The notes under the pieces were generated by a model. It was not told the DNA's origin. It worked only from the letters and a program-made list of their open reading frames with translations, and did no database searches. A stretch of 64,000 bases of DNA from Malacoraja senta (taxonomy: Eukaryota): NCBI GenBank assembly GCA_038087875.1, contig CM075993.1, forward strand, positions 3,722,001-3,786,000. Reading direction: 5' to 3'. Shown piece by piece: positions 38,766-50,800 of this stretch; within the stretch, counting starts at the first letter, position 1; each line of letters opens with the position of its first letter. The position numbers and the translations under genes were made by a program.

Positions 38766-39967
38766 TCATCTCAAAACACCTCACAAATTATTAAAGAATC
38801 AATTAACTTTAAATGAAAATGCTGGCAGAATGAAACCAAAACAGAACACGTTGGAAACACACAGCAGGTGGGCAGCACCAGTGGAAAGGGAAGCAGAGGT
38901 AATGTTTCAGGTCGAAGTCCTGAAGGGTCTGATAACCTTTAGCTGCTTCCCGACCTGCTGAGTGTTTCCACCAGTTTCTGCAATTAATTGTGGCCATTAG
39001 CAGGAAATATTGTCTTATTGGAAAAGCATCAGCTAATCTATGAAGTAATCGAAGATGAAAAAGATGGCCAGGATCCTTATTTCAGTTTATTTTATTATAT
39101 TAGAATATTATTATTATTATATATTAGAATATAAACTTTTAGCTGTAATTCCCTCTTCCACAGAATATTGTCATAGAATAGTGAATACCAACCTGAGAGG
39201 GCAGATGAGTCCTTTGATGATTAGAAAAGTGCTACCTCCAATAATGCAGCTCACTCTCAACATGGCAATGGAGGCATCATGTATTTTGTACGCAGTCCAC
39301 AAGGGGGCAGCATGGTGGCACAACAGTAGAGTTGCTGCCTTTTACAACGCCAGAGACATGAGTTCGATCCTGACCTCGGGTGCTGTCGGTGCAGAGTTTA
39401 GTTTTCGTTTAGTTAAGAGATACCGCTCGAAAACAGGCCCTTTCAGCCCACCGGGTCCGTGGCGACCAGCGATCCCCGCTCATTAACACTCCTATACCCA
39501 CTAGGGACAATTTTTTTGTTTTTCACATTTACCAAGCCAATTAACCTACATACCTGAAAGTCTTTGGAGTGTGGGAGGAAACAGAAGATCTCGGAGAAAA
39601 CCCACGAAGGTCACGGGGAGAACGTACAATCTCCGTACAGACAGCACCCGTAGTCGGGATCGAACCCGGGTCTCCGGCGCTGCATTCACCGTAAGGCAGC
39701 AACTCTACCGCTGCGCCACCGTGCTGCCGACTAATTTATACGTTCTCCCCGTGACCACATGGGTTTCCTCCGGGTGATCCAGTTTCCTCCCACATTCTAA
39801 AGACGTGCAGGGTTGTAAGTTACTTGGCTTCTGTAAATTGTAGCGTGTGTGGGATAGAACTAGTGTACGAGTGATCATTGGTCGGTGTGGGCCGAAGGGC
39901 CTGTTTCCACGATGTATCTCTGAACTAAAACTTTGACGTCACAGCAAAGATAACTCAGTAAAATATG

Positions 39968-40605
39968 ACAAATGGCATGTTGGCCTTCATTGCGAGAGTA
40001 TTTGGGTATAGGAGCAAGGTGGTTTTACTGCAGTTGTACAGGGCTCTGGTGAGACCGCACCTGGAGTATTGTGTGCAGTTTTGGTCTCCTAATTTGAGGA
40101 AGGACATTCTTGCTATTGATAGAGTGCAGCGTAGGTTCACCAGGTTAATTCCCGGGATGGCGGGACTGACATATGATGAAAGAATGGATCGACTGGGCTT
40201 ATATTCACTAGAATTTAGTGAGGATCTTATAGAAATATATAAAATTCTTAAGGAGTTGGACAGGTTAGATGCAGGAAAATTGTTTCCCATGTTGGGGGAG
40301 TCCAGAACCAGGGGGATCACAGTTTAAGAATAAGGGTTAGGCCATTTAGGACTGAGATGAGGAAAACCCTTTTCAACCAGAGCTGTGAATCTGTAGAATT
40401 CTCTGCCACGGATGGCAGTGGAGGCCAATTCACTGGATGTATTAAAGAGAGTTAGATATAGCTCTTAGGGCTAACGGAATCAAGGGATATGGGGAGAAAG
40501 CAGGAACATGGTGCTGATTTTGGATGATCAGCCACGATCATATTGAATGGCGGTGCGGGCTCGAAGGGCCGAATGGCCTACTCCACCTATTTTCTAAGTT
40601 TCTAT
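39968..40605 (+). mobile_element. CR1 3' fragment
   Basis: LYRALVRPHLEYCVQFWSP plus 3' UTR. Confidence 0.88.
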
Positions 40606-41199
40606 ATAAAATTTCAGTTGTTAAAGTACAAATTAATTCTACGTTGTGACAGCTACTGAGGGTAGTGATAAAATATCAGGACAGTTAGTTTAGTTTAGAG
40701 ATACAGCTCGGAAACAGTCTCTTTGGCCCACAGAGTCCGCGCCGACCAGCGATCCCCGCAAATTAACGCTACCCTACACACACCCAGGACAATTTACATT
40801 TATAGAAAGCCAATTAACCTACAAACCTGTACGTCTTTGGAGTGTGGGAGGATACCGAAGATCTGGGAGAAAACCCACGCGGTCACGGGGAGAGCGTGCA
40901 AACTCCGTACAGACAGCACCCGTAGTCGGGATCGAACGTGGGTCTTTGGCGCTGTGAGGCAGCAACTCTACCGCCGTGCTATCCTGCATTGAATCATCAG
41001 TTCAGGATTGTACAAGAGCCCTCCTACAAACTATACCATAACATCGGCTGCACCTTTATAACTTGCTGTTAAAAATGTAATCCAAAATCAAATCCTTCGC
41101 TGCACCCGGCATGTTGTAACCTGTAGGTCTGTACCTGCGGTATTCTTACCAAATTTGTGGTCGAAAGGGAAAGGGCTGCATCATGTGGTTATCCCCCCA

Positions 41200-41750
41200 C
41201 GCTCGAAGATTCTACCACTGGTTCCCGTTCATCTTTAAATGCATCCATCTTAATTACCCTTCTTATTTAAAACAAGACCTATTACCATACACACCCTCAT
41301 ATTCACTAAGACATATTCAACAACTCTTCTTTTTCATTCCAAGAACTAACAAAGAAATTGGGAGACGTGCATTTAAATATAAAGCTCCTTCTGACTGGAA
41401 CACTCTGCCTAGTACCATAAGAACTATTAGTTCATTTCGTCTATTTAAAAATACACTTTTACCATTTCACATAAAACCATGTACCTGTTTCTAGTATTAG
41501 AGTATTGCATAGCGACTAACATTATGCTGTAACACATAACTTTTGTTATTATTGGATTTAAGTTAATTAACAATTGTTATAAACTATAACAAGTGGGGAT
41601 GGAGGGGTTTTGGGTTTGGTGTGTGGGTAGGTGGGTCGATGAGAGCCTTTATGTATGTTATGTCTTGTGCTGTATGTTCTATGTTGGACCCCCTCGAAAA
41701 CGAGATGACTGTCCATCTCAAGGGGTTATCCATAAATAAACTTGTTGTTG
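41200..41750 (+). mobile_element. L2-like LINE 3' fragment
   Basis: YSLR...GRRAFKYKAPSDWNTLP motif; tail with AATAAA and (TTG)n. Confidence 0.65.
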
Positions 41751-42241
41751 ATGTGGTTTCTGATCTCAACCTTGACTCGGTTGCTAACATTCGCTCTCTC
41801 TGCACTGGCCCCTAGAGGGCATCAAAGATGTCTTATGACTGGTGTGTACCAAGCTTCAATTTTGGCCCTTTCAACTCACAAGAATAAAAATGCCTTTATT
41901 CGTTTAAATTGTTTTTGGTCTTCCATATTCCTCTAATCATTTTTTTTTAATGAACCTATTTTTTCATTATAAAGGTGCATTTGAAATATGAGCCAAGGCA
42001 ATATTCGAGATGCTGCAATCCACATCCTCTGCCATCAAGTGTCTGAATGCTCACTGATCTTCCCTGGTCCACATTAATCTCACTGTCAATATCAGATTGT
42101 ATTGTATTCAATTTATTGTCATTATCGTTGTCTCTTATATGAGAATGACAATAAATTGAATACAATACAATACAAAAGATTCAAGAAATGTAAGAGTACC
42201 CTGAAAAATGACTTATTACTAACTATCTTTGCTCTTCTTAG

Positions 42242-42407
42242 GTGGCCCACAGCAATTGACATGTTGGCTTCAAAGAGGATTGATGTCAAGCCTCTGGTCA
42301 CTCATCGCTTTGCTCTGAAAGAAGCTCTCAAGGCCTTTGATACAACAAAGAAAGGAGTGGGCATCAAAGTGATGATCAAGTGTGATCCAAACCACTTGGG
42401 TCAATAG
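42242..42407 (+). CDS. SORD: SORD-like copy B, terminal exon 9 to TAG
   Basis: tcttag| acceptor. [54 protein letters not shown]. The nine exons sum to 1065 bp (354 aa + stop) with no frameshift. Confidence 0.95.
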
Positions 42408-43827
42408 AAGGTACTTCCATGACGTTGAGTATTATTTTCATGTTTGCTGTGGGGCTCACTGAATCTATCATCTTTGGACTTATCTCTTGAAGAGCACATT
42501 CGCTCAGCTGTCCTGGTTCCTATTTCCATTTCATTCTTCATCTTATCCAGCTCCTTTAACAAAACTATCTTCCTCGATTTGGGTTGAATGGGATACATAG
42601 AGCCACACAACATGAAAACACGTACTGCGGCCCAGTAAGTTCCAGAACCAGAGAACATAGGTTTAAGATGCGGGAGGGAGGATTTAATAGGAACTTGAGG
42701 ACCAACTTTTATACACAAAGGGTGGTAATAATAATAATAATAATAGATTTTATTTATGGGCGCCTTTCAAAAGTCTCAAGGACACCTTACAAAGTTTAAC
42801 AAATAGTAGAAACATGTAAGCGGAATGAAATAAATAGTAAAGACATCACGAGTACACAAATTAAAGAGAGAATTCAATCCAAAAACAAAAATCAAAAACA
42901 CAATATGGAAGAGAGAGCAGCGGCTGCTAAAGCGCGCCAGCGTCCACTCACCCTTCCGGCAGCCATCTTGGACATAAAATAAAATATCATTTACACACAA
43001 AAATCATCCCCCCCACAATGATTACCACTGTGGGGGAAGGCACAATGTCCAGTCCCCAACCCCAGTTCACCCAAAGTCAGGCCTATTGAGGCCTCCACAG
43101 TTGCCTCTACGGAGGCCCGATGTTCCTGGCCGTTCTCACCGGGTGATGTTGCTCCGGCGTCGGGAGAGTCCTCGCAGCGGCTGGGCCACCTGGAGCGGCA
43201 GATTTCCTACCGGAGTCCGTGGCACCTGAAGCCAACAAGGCCGCGCCGATTTGGAGGTAGGTATATGGAACGACTTACAGGTGAGGTAGTTGAGCCAGGT
43301 ACTATCACAACATTAAAAACATTTGGACAGGTACGTGGATAAAATAGGTTTTAGAAGGAAGGTAGACAAAAATGCTGGAGAAACTCAGCGGGTGCAGCAG
43401 CATCTATGGAGCGAAGGAAATAGGCAACCTTTCGGGCCGAAACCAAAGGGGATGGGAAAGAGGGAGCTGAGTTTCTCCAGCACTTTTATCTATCTTTGAT
43501 TTTCCAGCTTCTGCAGTTCCTTCTTAAAAATGTTTTAGAAGGATATGGGCCAAATGCAGGCAGATGGGACATGTTGGTCGGCGTGGGCAAGTTGGGCCAA
43601 AGGGCCTGTTCCCACACTGTATGACTGTGACTGATGATACTTTGAGGAATCACCGAAGAGGACAAAGCCAGTGAAATGGTTTCAGCGCCAATTCCCACCT
43701 GATTGTTCTTTTCTTCCACCGTACCCCTGTCCATCTCCCTCTTTCCCCTCCCCTTCCTAGCTCTCCCACAGCTCACTGTTTCCGCCTCTTCCTTTCTTCT
43801 CCCCCCCCCCCCCATCCCCTCATCAAT

Positions 43828-43855
43828 CTGAAGAAGGGTCTCGACCCGAAACGTC
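43828..43855 (+). ncRNA. Minimal hammerhead-ribozyme-like motif in a Penelope-like terminal repeat (best copy of more than a dozen)
   Basis: CUGAAGA-A-GGGU(CUCG)ACCC-GAAA-CG-UC: conserved HHR core boxes, closed stem II, vestigial stem III, GUC cleavage triplet. Activity untested. Confidence 0.6.
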
Positions 43856-43956
43856 ACCCATTCCTTCGCTCCATAGATGCTGCCTCACCCGCTGAGTTTC
43901 TCCAGCATTTTTGTCAACCTGGGTTACAGGAGATGTTTTTCCCCACACTGTTACTC

Positions 43957-44346
43957 CCAAAGATCCTATAGCAAGCGTAGCTATAGACGTAGTAGGGTCA
44001 TGGGCAGATTCATGGGTAAACTTCGGCCCCATTTCCGTAACCGGCTTCCGTTTAAAAAAAAAATTTTTTAAAGAAAATTAACAGAATTAAAATTTATTGA
44101 CATAAATCATTAACAAAAAATAGCAGAATTATGAACTAACAGAATTATGAATGGGTCTAACACTATATCGCACGCACAAACTGTTCCCCCGCAACGCTGA
44201 TTACACTGCCAGAGGGATTTACAAAGTCGGGTCGGGGTTACTGAAATGGCCGACTAAAAGGCCACGTTCCGCTCCGTAGCGTACTTCACTTCAGCCCATT
44301 GGTTTTAGCAGGAGTGCACTATCTTGCTTTGCTAGAGGATCTTTGG
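43957..44346. mobile_element. Putative MITE, superfamily unassigned
   Basis: TIRs CCAAAGATCCTATAGC / GCTAGAGGATCTTTGG; target duplication only imperfect. Confidence 0.55.
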
Positions 44347-45292
44347 TTACTACTCTTGACTCATTCCTCGCCTGTGCCCTATACGCGTTTACTTCTGTTA
44401 TGCAACGCGACCCATTCCCTCATCATGGACTCTCTATATAATTCCTCTGAGGACCATTATTTATCTTGCGTGTATTGGATGAAGGGTCACAAACCCGATA
44501 CGCTTACCCGGCCCTTTTCCTTTTCTCCGCAGGTGTTGCCTGAGCTCTTTATATCTCCCAGCACGGCCTTTGTATCTCCAGCTGTGATCTGGCAAGTGGA
44601 ATTCAATTACATTTCCCAGGCACTCGAATAGTATGCAAAAATAAAAGGTGATCTTTGCAAACAGTCGTGGAAATGTACATTTAATCCGACATCTTCAATG
44701 TCCTTCAGCTATTTTTCAACATCACATCAGCTTCATACCTGTAAAATAAATAGCCTAAAATGCAGTTAAAGAACTAAGTGATTTCAAATTACCCCCATTG
44801 AAATAATATGCTCCAGGCACCAGACAATTACAACGGATAATTTGTATGTTACTATAGTGACATGTAATTCTGTAACTGAGCTGCTAAAATGCCAGCTATC
44901 GAGCTTATTCCGCCGTGTGTCCTCGAACAATGATGACGTTTGGCACCATTGTTAGCTACAGCTTTATGCTAGTGACCTTTCGCCCCGTTCTAAGTGAACC
45001 CAGCTCAGTGTATCTGTGAGAAATTTACTTCACACTCAAAGCAGGTCCGAGTTTTATTTTTGATGATGAAACAGCTTGATTGTGTGTCATTGTGCAGCAG
45101 ACAATGGCACAATGACAATAGGGGAGGTTTAGAGGGAGATGGGCCAAAGCTGGACTAGCTTGGATGGGCATCTTGCTTCGCATGGATGAGCTGGGCCAAA
45201 GTGCCCTTTGCCGTACTAAAGATAGACACAAAATGCTGGAGGAACTCAGTGGGTCAGGCAGTATCAATGGAGAAAAGGAATAGGTGAAGTTT

Positions 45293-45667
45293 CTTACCAA
45301 ATTCTTAAGGGGTTGGACAGACTAGATGCAGGAAGATTGTTCCCGATGTTGGGGAAGTCCAGAACAGGGGGTCACAGTTTAAGGATAAGGGGGAAGTCTT
45401 TTAGGACCGAGATGAGAAAAACATTTTTCACACAGAGAGTGGTGAATCTGTGGAATTCTCTGCCACAGAAGGTAGTTGAGGCCAGTTCATTGGCTATATT
45501 TAAGAGGGTGTTAGATGTGGCCCTTGTGGCTAAAGGGATCAGGGGGTATGGAGAGAAGGCAGGTACAGGATACTGAGTTGGATGATCAGCCATGATCATA
45601 TTGAATGGCGGTGCAGGCTCGAAGGGCCGAATGGCCTACCTGCACCTATTTTCTATGTATCTATGTT
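45293..45667 (+). mobile_element. CR1 3' fragment inserted into an inverted Penelope-like terminal-repeat pair
   Basis: ORF 45313-45576. Host sequence ggtgaagtt...ttgggtcgaaacccttcttcag resumes after the tail. Confidence 0.82.
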
Positions 45668-46449
45668 TTGGGTCGAAACCCTTCTTCAGTTCTGACCCGA
45701 AACATCACCTATTCCTTTTCTCCAGAGATGCTGCCTTACCCGCTGAGTTACTCCACCACTTTGTGACATTGGAAACTGCATGCATTAAACCTCAATAGTT
45801 GTTAATGTGACACTGACAGATTAAATTGCAGTCACTTCATACTTTACTTTTTACAAGTGTGTAGTGTGTGCTGCATATTGATGATATTTGACACTACAGT
45901 AAACCTTTGATAATCTGGCATGCCAATAATTTTGGTGGGAGATTGGACTGTCTGACCTGCTGAGTTACTCCAGCATTTTGTGTCTATCTTCATAAACCAG
46001 CATCTGCAGTTCCTTCCTACACATACAGACTTTTTTTTTTTTACCAGTGGATGTTATTTCTATCAAAGACAGACACAAAATGCTGGAGTAACTCAGCGGG
46101 TCAGGTTGCATCTCTGGAGAAAATGGACAATTGATGTTCTGGGTCTGACCCTTCTTCAGAAGTCTGAAGAAAGGTCCCAACCCAAAACAAAGTCAGTCTG
46201 AAGAACGATCCCGACCCGAAACATCTCCCATTCCTTCTCTCCAGAGATGCTGCCTGTTCTGCTAAGTTCCTCCAGCATTTTGTGTCTATCTTCAGTGTAA
46301 ACCAGCATCTGCAGTTCCTTCCTACACATGTGGACACTGGAAACTGAACACAGAACAGTTCTGAACGTTGAACCACATGTTTCCCTTGACCTTGGTCCTG
46401 TTACCTTTTCCCCATTCTCTTTAATTGGATTGTTGTGGGACATGGTTTC

Positions 46450-49400
46450 TGTAGAGCCGTGCATGTTCCTTTAACATGGTGACCTCACTTCTACTAACCA
46501 CTCCCCATTAGCTTCAGTATAAATGTAACCTTCCCACCCCTAGCCCGCTCTCTAGCTCCGGTAATGGACCACGAACAGCTAGGGCAATATGTGTGTATAC
46601 GAATGCAATGTATGCGATAAACTAGAGTGAAGACACCCTGTGTTTGGACAGTCTTTACATGGTGTCAGAAGTTAACCCTGCGTCTCCTGTTCATCGGGTT
46701 TGTTTTCTTTTCTCCAAGTGTTTATTTTCCTTTCCAACTATTTAAGTACTATGGCCACCTCGTGTCGAAAGCCTGACGTTCTGGTGTTTGACTCGGACAT
46801 CGTCCACCGGTGGACTATTTTTCGGCGCGACTTCCAGCACTATGTCGCCATCGCTCATCCTAATATTACCCCTGCGATTACAGCACATCTGCTCCTCAAC
46901 CTGGCTGGCCCGGAGGCCATGGAACGTTCTGAATCTTTTGAGTACGCCGATGGTGAGAATGCAGAGGACCCCGTGTGTCTCATCAATAAATTTGCCGCGC
47001 TGTGTGACATTCCCACCAACTCCATTCTAGAGCGGTTCAAGTTTTTCAGCAGGCGCCAGAAACCCGGGGAGCACATCGATACCTTCGTGGCATCGCTGCG
47101 TCACCTGGCCCGGCGTTGCCACCTGGAGACGTTGACCCCCGATCAGTTGATCAGAGATGTCCTAGTTCACGGTCTACAGGACGTGAAGCTACGGGCTGAG
47201 CTTCTGAGAAAGCCGGACCTCACTTTAAACGACGCTTTGCATGCCTCTCGCATGTCTGCTGCTGTCGACGCCGTATCTTCCCCTGAAGCTGAGGACATTA
47301 ACTATGCCGGTGCTGCTGGACGCCCGCGGCGCAATGGCCCGCCACGCCAGTGTAGCACCCCTGCCCCTGCAAGGGTCAACCCTCGCCGATGCCCAAACTG
47401 CAACTTTGTCAATCATCAATTTGATGTTTGCCCTGCTCTGGGTAAGATTTGTAATTTGTGTAAGAAGCTTAATCACTTCTCCGCAGCGTGCCGTTCCAGG
47501 GGCCAGCCTGTCCCTGCTCCGAGAAAGAGTCTACACAGCCTGACTGCTACTGACAGTGTTTATGACTCCGAATACCTTCCAGTCGAACTCCCTGATTCTG
47601 ATAACAGCTCCTCCCATGATGAATCGCTTGTTTTTTCAGTCCTGGGTGCACATACTGTGATAGCTGATCCATCAGTTCGAGTTACTGTGAATGGGATGAC
47701 CTTCTCTGCTAAGGTAGATACGGGGGCGTTTACGAATATTATGTCGTTAAGTCTTTTTCAACAGATAAGAGCTGGTGAGAACATTACCGCTGATCACTCC
47801 CGCCTCCGTGCATATGGGGGGAGCATGCTATTCCCAGTCGGCAAGGCCACCCTTATCTGCTCAGTTCTGAAGGCCTCTCGGCCCCTCTCTGTCCTCCTGC
47901 TGGAATCTGAGAATGTTACTCTGTTGGGCGCCCGTGCGTGCCAGGACCTCGGTTTGGTGTCCTTCCACCACGACATCCACCCGGTGCAGACCCCCATGGA
48001 TCCCATGTGCGAGTACCCCGACCGTTTTGACGAAGTATTGGGCAAACTACCCTGCAAGTACGAAATCGAGGTGGACCCGGAGGTCCATCCGGTAGTCCGC
48101 CCTCCTCACCGCGTCTCCTTTGCTATGAAGGACAAGGTGGAGTCCACTCTACGCCAGATGGTGGCCATGGGCATCATCAAGGAAGTGAGCGATGCCACCC
48201 GGTGGGTCTCCACCATGGTCGTTGCTGCTAAGAAGGACAAGAGTGAGATTCGGATCTGTATCAACCCCAAGGACCTAAACCTTGCCATCAAGCGCCCGCA
48301 CTACCCCATGCGAACGGTGGAGGATGTCGCTGCAAAGGTTGGCCCGGCCACTGTATTCTCTGTCCTCGATGCCAAGAACTCTTTCTGGCAGATTCCGCTG
48401 GATGAACGTTCATCTTTACTGACCACGTTTGGTACACCTTTCGGCAGGTTCCGTTTCCTCCGCATGCCTTTCGGGATCAATTCTGCCAGCGAGGTTTTCC
48501 AGCGCACCATGGAACAGCTATTTGCAGGTCTGCCGTGTGCTATCATCGTTGATGACATCTTGGTGTACGGGAGGGACGTCGCTGAGCACGACCTCCACCT
48601 CCGTCTGGTCCTGGATCGGGCTCAGGAAATCAACCTCAAACTGAACCCCAAGAAGTGCCGTTTCCGCGTCCCGGAGGTCACCTACGTGGGCCACGTTTTT
48701 ACGGCCGAGGGTCTGAAACCAGACCCACAGAAGACAGCTGCGGTCTCAGAGATGCCAGCTCCGGTCAACGTGCCAAGCCTGCAACGCTTCTTGGGCATGA
48801 TGAACTATCTGGGGAAATTTATTCCCGACCTCAGCGAGCTGAGTGCGCCCCTGAGGGAACTGACCAAGGTGGACACTGCCTGGGTTTGGTACCCGCTACA
48901 TCAGGCAGCCTTCGATGACTTGAAATCCCGGCTGGTTCGTGCCCCCACTCTGAAGTTCTTCGACTTAAAGCGCCCCATCGTCATTACCTGCGATGCATCA
49001 AGTTTCTGTCTCGGTGCTGCCTGCCTGCAGATCCACGACCGCCTGCAACTACCTGTCTCCTACGCCTCCCGCACCATGACCCCAACCGAGCAACGCTACG
49101 CTCAGATCGAGAAAGAGCTCCTTGCCGTGGTGTTTGCCTGCTCGAAGTTCAGGGACTTCATTATAGGTAACACCTTCACTATCGAAACCGACCACCAGCC
49201 GCTGGTCACGATCTTAAACAAACCGATCCACGTTGCCTCTTCCCGTTTGCAGCGTATGATGCTGCAACTCCAACGCTTCACGTTTCAAATCGTGTACCGC
49301 AAGGGCAAGGACATGTTTGTGGCAGACACGCTGTCCCGCGCACCGCTGGCTTCTACAGCCCGCCACCCGTACGAGTCATCCGACCTGATGGTGCTAAACG

Positions 49401-50800
49401 TCAACTTCATGCCTTCCCAGCAGATGCAGTCCCTGATTCACCACACCGCCAATGATCCTGCCCTGCAACAGCTTATAGACGTCATCCGTCGCGGCTGGCC
49501 TGACCGTCGCTCACCCTTGCCGGCTGGTGCTGCGCCCTACTTCCTAGTCCGGGACGAACTTGTGCTGCAGGGCGGCGTGGTGGTGAAGGGCCACAAGGTT
49601 GTGGTGCCTGCTGCTCTGCGGGACCACTATTTCCAAACTGCCCACAACGGCCATCCCGGTGCCGATGCCACCCTGTCCCAGGCCCAGAGCCAATTTTATT
49701 GGCCCAGCATGGCACAGGACATCCGGGAGAGGGTCTCTGCCTGCTCCACCTGCAATACCCTCTCTCCCCACCAGCAACGCCAGCCACTCCTGCAACAGCC
49801 TGCCCCCGCCCTGGCGTGGATGGCGGTCGCTACGGACATATTTGAGTGGCGTGGCAAACATTTCCTGGTCCTGGTCGACTCTTACTCCAGCTGGTTCGAG
49901 ATTAAGCGTCTGCACTCCCTCACTTCTGCTGCGGTCATCGGGACGTTGCAACCCCTCTTTGCAACCTTTGGCATTCCTGTGACTGTGCAGTCTGACAACG
50001 GGGGCCAGTTCACGAGTGCTGAGTTCCGCGCATTCGCCGCCGCCTACAACTTTCGCCACATCACCAGCAGCCCGGAGTACCCGCAGAGCAACGGCCTTGC
50101 TGAGCGCGCCGTCCGCAGTGCCAAGGAGCTGCTGGAACATTGCAGACTGTCGCATTCGGATTTTTATCTCGCTCTACTGAATCTCCGAAATATTAGTCGC
50201 GACCCTGCCATGGGCTCACCGGCTCAACGGCTCATGTCCCGCACCACTCGCCCTCCAATCCCTGTCTCCCAGCGGTCGCTATGGCCCGCAGTCCGCAGCC
50301 CTGCTGCTGTCCAGAAGCGTATTACCCAGAAACAGGTCGTCCAGAAGCGCTCCCACGACAAGTCATGCCGTCCCCTTCAGCCCCTCTTCGAGGGCCAGGT
50401 CGTCCGGATGCAGTCCCCCTCCGGACACCACCGCTTGGCTGTTGTCATCGGCTTTGCCGACTCTCCGCGCTCTTACCTGGTTGACTACGAGGGCACAATC
50501 TACCGCCGGTCCCGCCAGCATTTGCTGCCGGTCAACGAGCCCGCTCCGCCTCCCGCAGCCCCTTTTGCTCCCCCGGTTGCCGCCTCGTTGCCTCCCGCTC
50601 CTCTGCCCTCGCGACCATTGGCGCCCCGTTCTCCCGCTGCTCCTCCTGGCCCCCCCCATCAGCCATCTCCCGCTCGCGTGCCCGTTGCGGTGCCCTTGTC
50701 TCCTCCCCGGTCTCCTCGTTCTCCCCCTCCTGCTCACTCCCCTTTCGGTTCACCTATCGCCGCTCCTGCCCCGGTGCCCACTCTACCTTCGAAGGTATCT
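46450..50800 (+). mobile_element. Ty3/Gypsy LTR retrotransposon, 3'-truncated (5' LTR + PBS + gag-pol)
   Basis: LTR 46450-46659 (TGTAGAG...CTTTACA) followed directly by PBS TGGTGTCAGAAGT (tRNA-Leu type). No second LTR or polypurine tract seen. Confidence 0.9.

Noticed and set aside
1470..42407. ORF-track entries overlapping SORD exons treated as standalone genes (1470-1721, 11308-11583, 25786-26022, 28753-29217, 34718-34999, 42102-42407)
   Set aside because: They are single exons read through into intron sequence.
48541..48560. RT motif IVDD instead of YxDD as a sign of inactivation
   Set aside because: Non-Tyr xxDD variants occur in this group of Gypsy elements, and both Asp residues are intact.
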